Positions 58,564-64,000 of a stretch of DNA of 64,000 nucleotides are shown piece by piece. The DNA is taken from the IMG/VR virus record IMGVR_UViG_3300023174_000033, positions 124,001 to 188,000 of that record. The stretch is one strand, 5' to 3'. The notes below the pieces were generated by a model. It was not told where the DNA came from. It saw only the letters and a list, made by a program, of their open reading frames with translations, and searched no databases. Made by a program: the position numbers and the translations under genes. How positions within the stretch are numbered: position 1 is the stretch's first letter; the number at the start of each line of letters is the position of its first letter.

Positions 58564-59343
58564 TTAATTAGTCCTATATCTTTTCATTATTTCTATTAGA
58601 AATGGATCTCTAACGATTTCATCATCGGTGAATTCTATAAAACCTATTCCTGGCAGTCCTTCTAGTCTGTCAATAGCATCTTCTAGTCCACATTTCTCGC
58701 CTTTCATAAGTTTAAGGTCAATTTGGTCGGTATCTCCTAGAATAACAAGTTTTGAGTTCTCACCCATACGAGAAATGAAAGTTTTCATTTCAGTTACTGT
58801 GCAGTTCTGACTTTCATCAAAAATACAAAATGATCCAACAGATTGACCATCTGATGTATATTGCCCAAAAGTAGAACCCCTCAAAAAGTTAAGTATGGTT
58901 TCCTTTATGAATCCATTGTCCTTTAAATATTTGGTTTGATAACTACCAACAAGCTTTATCAAATTATCATAAAAGTGTGTGTAGTAAGCTAAAGTTTTTT
59001 CATTTATATCACCTGGTAAGGCACCAAGTCCTCTTTGTGATGTAATCTCAACAATTGGCTTTGTTAATATTATTTGACCAATATTCATATCTTTATTTTT
59101 AAGACATTCCAAACCAGCCATTAGGGATATCAAAGTTTTTCCGGTACCGGCACTGCCACGGACAAATGTTATCCGATTGTTCAAAATTGTATCAAAAAGC
59201 TCCTTTTGCTTTTTATTTTTGAATTTGCAATTAATTTTATATTGAAATGTGCGGAGTTGGTCTTTTAGATAGTTGTCCATCTCCTGCATTTCCTGCATCT
59301 CTTGTTCAATTGTTTTTTTAGCCCTTGGTTTAATTTTTGGCAT
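58564..59343 (-). CDS. phoH: PhoH-family ATPase
   Basis: GSAGTGKT, LGALPGD, FLRGSTF, DESQN, GDTDQID, IVRDP. Confidence 0.92.
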   Translation of the reverse strand: MPKIKPRAKKTIEQEMQEMQEMDNYLKDQLRTFQYKINCKFKNKKQKELFDTILNNRITFVRGSAGTGKTLISLMAGLECLKNKDMNIGQIILTKPIVEITSQRGLGALPGDINEKTLAYYTHFYDNLIKLVGSYQTKYLKDNGFIKETILNFLRGSTFGQYTSDGQSVGSFCIFDESQNCTVTEMKTFISRMGENSKLVILGDTDQIDLKLMKGEKCGLEDAIDRLEGLPGIGFIEFTDDEIVRDPFLIEIMKRYRTN

Positions 59344-59426
59344 TTTTTTAAGGTTTTTTTATTATATATTCCCAAGTTCTTTATCCGAGAAGGGTGTTTT
59401 AATATATAAACAAAGAATTACATTCA

Positions 59427-59645
59427 ATGTTGAAAGAGAGAGAAGAATTGATTTACGATTTAATATTTTCCGAGATAACTGAATATAAGATAAATATCTC
59501 TGAATATATTGAAGACATCTACAAATATGACAGATTCATTGATGATATAAAGTCAGTTTTGAAAAAATCAAAGGTGGCCATAATCAAAGAAAAGGTTGAT
59601 TTGGAGGAAACGAATGTTATTTGGAATCTAAAAGTAAAAAAATAA
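59427..59645 (+). CDS. Hypothetical protein
   Basis: 72-aa ORF after AATATATA (59401-59408). Confidence 0.6.
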   Translation: MLKEREELIYDLIFSEITEYKINISEYIEDIYKYDRFIDDIKSVLKKSKVAIIKEKVDLEETNVIWNLKVKK

Positions 59646-59648
59646 ACG

Positions 59649-62600
59649 ATGTGGAAAAAAAATTCAGATACTGGTAAATGGGTCTTCACTACTGACTCAA
59701 TAACAAAAGATGTTTATGAATTTTATAAACAAGAACTCAAATCGGTAAGACTTTATTCAAAATGTTTGAGTGGGTCAACTTACTTAAAAATAAATGATTT
59801 TGAGAATCTATATCCGGAATTGCAAAACGAAAGAATTGGATTCTATATCGGCACACAAAGTGTGCCTGTTCGTGGACCCCAAATAAGATTAAATGATATT
59901 ACTAGAAGAGAATTTTATGATAAGTATCTGAAGGAAGATGCTTTCACTCTCAAAAATTTATTCACACCTGAAAGATTATTAAGTGATCAAGGTACAAATT
60001 TTAAATACGTAGATGTAGCGACTACCGAGTCAATAACATTAACACAAATACAGAATTTAACCATTGATGGAATTGTTCTTAAAAACGGAGATAGGGTATT
60101 GGTTAAGGATCAAATATCAGTTGTATCAATTTCTCCGACTACAGACATTGATAATTATTTTAGGAACGTCATAACAGTTTCTAATTATTATTTTCAAAGT
60201 GAAGATACGAATAAAAATTATTATTATTACAACTCTGAAAACGGCGTTTACAAATATGATGGGTCACTTTTGATCCGTGAAAAGGATCTTTATGATTATG
60301 ATTCAGCTTACAAATACGCTGCATATGTTAGGAGAGGTAATTTGAATGGTGGTAAAGAATTTCATTTACAAAGACAAAAGTTTGGATATTTTCCGACCGA
60401 TGATTATAATGCTGAATTTTCTGAAAAGAAAAATTGGGTTTTAAGACACAGAGTTGATTATAACAATATCTATGATGTGAATATTTATGATGTTACAAAT
60501 CATGCTACACAGTCAATATATGATGTTGTAAGTTCCAAAACTTACTCAATTCCACAAAGAACAATTAGTGTTGGTGAATTTGGTGTAATTTTTGCTAACC
60601 AAGAAAGACTTTCCTCAAATGCTACTTATAGTATAACAAATGTAATACCTAGCAAATACAAAGTAAATTTATTTTCAATTGCTAATTGTTCAAAGCATTA
60701 TTGGATTTGTGGGGACGAGGGTCATATTTTGAAAATGAATAAGATTGATTTCTCAATAGAAAAAGTTAAAATAGATGAAGAACTACCTTTTATGTCAATT
60801 GATTTTTACACAGATCAATTTGGTATGGCTGTTGGAAAATTTAATAATATTTATTTTACAAGAGATTTTGGATCACAGTGGTTCAAATTAGAATTTCAAG
60901 AATTTGAAGAGTATTCATATAACAGAGTAATTCATTTTGATGAAAACACAACTTATGTTGCTGGAGAGGCGGGTATTTTTATTGAATTTTTATACACGGA
61001 GGGAAATTGGACGGCTTACAATAGAGCAGTGGTTAAAGATTTGACCGATGATGACGAATATTTATTAGTTGATGATATCACTGATTTAAAGAGATCTAAA
61101 TGGACAACTTTTAATGCCTTTACATTTTCACAAGATCAATCTTCCACATTACAAGGTAGATTGGTTTATGAAAATTCTCTTTTGGATAATTACAGAGTGA
61201 TGGAGATTTCTATAAGTTCAGACCAACTTATCCCATCAAATGCGTTTTATACAACTGCAGCCGCCAAACTTTTTATAGGTGTTTCTGTTAGTAATACAGA
61301 ATATATGAATAGTGGTGGGACGAGAGGATTCCTCAGGAACAATTCATCTTGGGGACAGGCGGCTTTACCAACTCTAAAAACTCAAGTTGATCTTTGGAAG
61401 AATATTTCATTCTCCCCAACAACAGATTTTAGTTTCACATTTAGTTTACCATTAGATGATTATGGTAATTTGGTAAATTCAACATACTTTGTTGATGTGG
61501 ATGTAAGACACAATTGGGATGTTACGACAAATGTAGTTCAGGGTAGTTATAATTCAACTATCACAAAATATAAATTCCAAACATACAATAACGATTTCCT
61601 TTTGATGTCTGGTAATAGTGGGGTGGCTGTTTGTTACGACATTAATAATTCATTTCGTAATTTAGATAATAATTTCATATTTTTATCTTTCACTCAAACT
61701 ACAACAGATATTAAGACAATTGAAAGACATAGAAGTGATATTTATGTTGGTGCTGATAGGGTATATAAATTTCCAGTTACTGATTTGGGAACTTACTCAA
61801 ATTCAACTATTAATGAGGCAAACATTACTTTAAGACCTCTTGAAAATAATTATGTTAATAGACTAGTTGCTGCAACCAATTCCTTGTTTGTCGTTGGAAA
61901 TGGTGGTCTTAATAACTACATTAACTTTTTGGATGTAGTAAATCCGACATTTTCGGTACCACTTGACCCATCGTTTAATGGTAGAATTAAATCAAAATTT
62001 TTGATGCTTGACTATGATGTGGCATCAAAGGTTAATTTCTTCACTGATGAGGGCGAGTATCGTCTTCCACAAATTGGTACATTTTCTTCTCAAGCTGCTT
62101 TTACATCTGTTGCTGGAACACAGTTATTTATAGGATCAATTGCTGGTCAAAGAAGTTGGGTGAATTATTCAATGGACTCAACAAAGACTTTTAGGTATTA
62201 CAGTATAATGAATGATGCCAATGCGGTTAGATTTAATGGGACATTCTCATACAGAACCACATCAGATCCGGTTGCGATTCCTGGTAATAGGATTGGTAGG
62301 ACACAAAGTTTTTTTGGACCATCTACCGCACAGTCCTTGGCCCCAAGTGTTTATTCTACAACTCAATCAAAATACTTTCATCCAGATGCTGCTCAAGGTA
62401 ATACTTGGAGACCCGCAACTGGAGTTGCTTATATGAGTGGTTTTCCTGGTGGGGCCTCTGCTGAAGAAACATATATAATGTTTTACGATGAAATTGGTAT
62501 TGTGGTTAGAAAGTTTACATCACTTCCCTCTTGTAATACCAACAACAGAACAGAAGTTGGTGATGTTATACAAATAAGTTCTAAAGTAATCGACACTACC

Positions 62601-64000
62601 TTCGTTGTTAACAGGATGGAGTGGTTTTCTGGGAACTTTGCAAACGCGGGCGCTTTAACTCAATATTTTGGTAGACCCGCTAATTTTCCAACCGTTGGTG
62701 GTAATCTAATTTTTGAATTTCAATATTTTTATAATAATCTAAACTCATCTATTACTGCTGAATTAACGAATAGTAGTGCTAATTTAACATATAGAAACTT
62801 AAACAATTATAAAACAATAACAGAATTATCCTCTAATATATCAAAACACCCAATAGGAGAGGCGTATGGATTGAGTTTTTCTCCAATATCCACTAGTGAG
62901 CCTTTCATTTTTGGCAAATTCAATGATAAGACGGCTTATTATAATTTACAGGCTCAAGTTGGTTTTGTAAATGCTGGTGTGAATAATGTCTCAAAGCCGA
63001 TGGCTTACAAAGATACTTTTCTTGATTTCGGTTTTTCCCCAACTTATAATTTAAGTGATTACCTTAACAAAATCAATCCAAGTGTGTTTACCGCGACCAA
63101 AAGATTTGGTGTGTTAGCCACATTTTCTGTAACCGGTAGAGGCACTACTAATTGGACAAGAGATAAAGTTCATTTCAGCACAGCTCCGCTTTCAACCCAA
63201 ACACAGAGTAACCTTCTTTGGTTTGGTGAATATTTAAGAAATAGTTGGGAATCTTTATTAGATCATACCTTCTTGGATATAGTAGCGGTTGGTAACACAT
63301 CAACTTTCACCCTTACACAGTATTTGGTAACCGAAAAATATGAACAAAAGGTTTCTTTTAGTGATGGGGTCGGTGGGTTTATATCTGGAACAGCATATGT
63401 TTTACAATTAAATAAACAATTACCTATTACTCAAGGTATAAATTTATATCATATTTCTACAAGAAATTCTTTAGCAAATATAAGTACGGACTTACAATTA
63501 CTTAATAATATTCACCGGTCAGAAGTTGACAAAGTTGTACAAACTGGTGTTTCCTTTAAGAATCTACAATCTCCAAGAATTGGAAAGTTCCCAACTGAAT
63601 CTTATATGAAAGCATTAGTTTCTGATTATGATATACAGGAAAACATAAGTGCTATTATGTATACCGATAGAAATTTTGACATAGCTTTGAATGTAGTTAA
63701 TGTTGAAAAAGAATTGGTATTCAATGCTGATAATATACAAAGTGCCGTAATATCCGGATTTTCTGGGGGAAAGATGAGATTGAAACCAAAGATAGATTCC
63801 GCGACACAGAGTTTCAGTAGGGGAGATTTGATAAAAGTGGAATTTGGTGAAGTTGATAAAGTTTCTAGATTTAGTGGATATCAAACTGTTATCGCTACCG
63901 ATAATCAATACATCTATACTTCTAAAGATTACGCCACAACAGATCCTGCTTTTTCTACCGCAACTATATCTGTAATTAAAAGAGATCCTTTCTTTAATTA
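59649..64000 (+). CDS. Very large putative tail-fibre/virion protein (appears open to the window end, about 1450 aa here)
   Basis: Manual translation from ATG 59649: MWKKNSDTGKW...VDVATTESITL...TIDGIVLKNGDRVLVKDQ...ENGVY (tail-fibre motif); beta-propeller/Asp-box-like segments WICGDEG and FTRDFGSQW. Missing from the ORF track because it has no stop in the window. Confidence 0.7.
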   Translation, partial: MWKKNSDTGKWVFTTDSITKDVYEFYKQELKSVRLYSKCLSGSTYLKINDFENLYPELQNERIGFYIGTQSVPVRGPQIRLNDITRREFYDKYLKEDAFTLKNLFTPERLLSDQGTNFKYVDVATTESITLTQIQNLTIDGIVLKNGDRVLVKDQISVVSISPTTDIDNYFRNVITVSNYYFQSEDTNKNYYYYNSENGVYKYDGSLLIREKDLYDYDSAYKYAAYVRRGNLNGGKEFHLQRQKFGYFPTDDYNAEFSEKKNWVLRHRVDYNNIYDVNIYDVTNHATQSIYDVVSSKTYSIPQRTISVGEFGVIFANQERLSSNATYSITNVIPSKYKVNLFSIANCSKHYWICGDEGHILKMNKIDFSIEKVKIDEELPFMSIDFYTDQFGMAVGKFNNIYFTRDFGSQWFKLEFQEFEEYSYNRVIHFDENTTYVAGEAGIFIEFLYTEGNWTAYNRAVVKDLTDDDEYLLVDDITDLKRSKWTTFNAFTFSQDQSSTLQGRLVYENSLLDNYRVMEISISSDQLIPSNAFYTTAAAKLFIGVSVSNTEYMNSGGTRGFLRNNSSWGQAALPTLKTQVDLWKNISFSPTTDFSFTFSLPLDDYGNLVNSTYFVDVDVRHNWDVTTNVVQGSYNSTITKYKFQTYNNDFLLMSGNSGVAVCYDINNSFRNLDNNFIFLSFTQTTTDIKTIERHRSDIYVGADRVYKFPVTDLGTYSNSTINEANITLRPLENNYVNRLVAATNSLFVVGNGGLNNYINFLDVVNPTFSVPLDPSFNGRIKSKFLMLDYDVASKVNFFTDEGEYRLPQIGTFSSQAAFTSVAGTQLFIGSIAGQRSWVNYSMDSTKTFRYYSIMNDANAVRFNGTFSYRTTSDPVAIPGNRIGRTQSFFGPSTAQSLAPSVYSTTQSKYFHPDAAQGNTWRPATGVAYMSGFPGGASAEETYIMFYDEIGIVVRKFTSLPSCNTNNRTEVGDVIQISSKVIDTTFVVNRMEWFSGNFANAGALTQYFGRPANFPTVGGNLIFEFQYFYNNLNSSITAELTNSSANLTYRNLNNYKTITELSSNISKHPIGEAYGLSFSPISTSEPFIFGKFNDKTAYYNLQAQVGFVNAGVNNVSKPMAYKDTFLDFGFSPTYNLSDYLNKINPSVFTATKRFGVLATFSVTGRGTTNWTRDKVHFSTAPLSTQTQSNLLWFGEYLRNSWESLLDHTFLDIVAVGNTSTFTLTQYLVTEKYEQKVSFSDGVGGFISGTAYVLQLNKQLPITQGINLYHISTRNSLANISTDLQLLNNIHRSEVDKVVQTGVSFKNLQSPRIGKFPTESYMKALVSDYDIQENISAIMYTDRNFDIALNVVNVEKELVFNADNIQSAVISGFSGGKMRLKPKIDSATQSFSRGDLIKVEFGEVDKVSRFSGYQTVIATDNQYIYTSKDYATTDPAFSTATISVIKRDPFFN

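Noticed and set aside
59277-59303. 9-bp tandem repeat at the phoH 5' end (QEMQEMQEM)
   Set aside because: Short in-frame slippage in a variable N-terminus; no evidence of function
9799-63908. Numerous short ORFs antisense to or nested in long genes (e.g. 9799-10167, 10294-10722, 28770-29081, 40221-40532, 42085-42402, 62212-62436, 63615-63908)
   Set aside because: Shadow frames with no motifs, fully overlapping well-supported CDSs
1-64000. Stop-codon reassignment, as in some large phages
   Set aside because: Code 11 gives dense, intact ORFs up to 3555 aa, and TAG and TGA terminate recognisable genes at sensible positions
1-64000. tRNA genes, CRISPR array or large ncRNA
   Set aside because: Intergenic gaps are under about 170 nt and A/T-rich; no cloverleaf or repeat-spacer pattern was seen by eye
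1-64000. Bacterial chromosome origin (greA, rpsU, rpsA, dnaJ, clpC, tdk, trxA present)
   Set aside because: The genes lack their normal operon context, several are shortened or divergent, and they are interleaved with UvsX, gp46-like, neck-like and giant virion-type genes

Overview
This 64-kb, AT-rich window is densely coded in the standard genetic code and looks like part of a jumbo/huge tailed phage with T4-like elements: UvsX/RecA, a gp46/SbcC ATPase, a RuvC-like resolvase, a gp14-like neck protein and several 1,000-3,500 aa virion-type proteins. The host is very probably Bacteroidota, based on repeated TTTG-N19/20-TAnnTTTG promoters, a Bacteroidota-type bS21 and lipoprotein signal, and near absence of Shine-Dalgarno sites. 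It carries many host-takeover genes: GreA, a sigma factor, bS21, bS1, DnaJ, ClpC, thioredoxin, a deoxyhypusine-synthase-like enzyme, an anticodon-less class II aaRS paralogue, a SpeD-family decarboxylase, thymidine kinase, PhoH, a Nudix hydrolase, three M28 and one M16 peptidase, and glycosyl- and methyltransferases. Main observations: (1) the ClpC gene stops inside its second Walker A motif and ends in a 31-aa atypically split intein N-fragment, so the unfoldase appears to be assembled by protein trans-splicing with a partner gene outside the window; (2) a DHS-like, aaRS-paralogue and SpeD set suggests a polyamine or EF-P-type modification system; (3) two promoter classes (host-sigma TAnnTTTG and a putative late AATATATA box) often sit 4-5 nt from start codons, implying leaderless mRNAs in a phage that encodes its own bS1 and bS21; (4) unrelated late proteins share a capsid-targeting-like N-terminal peptide. 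No tRNA, rRNA or CRISPR array was recognised. All assignments come from motif recognition by eye; no searches were run.
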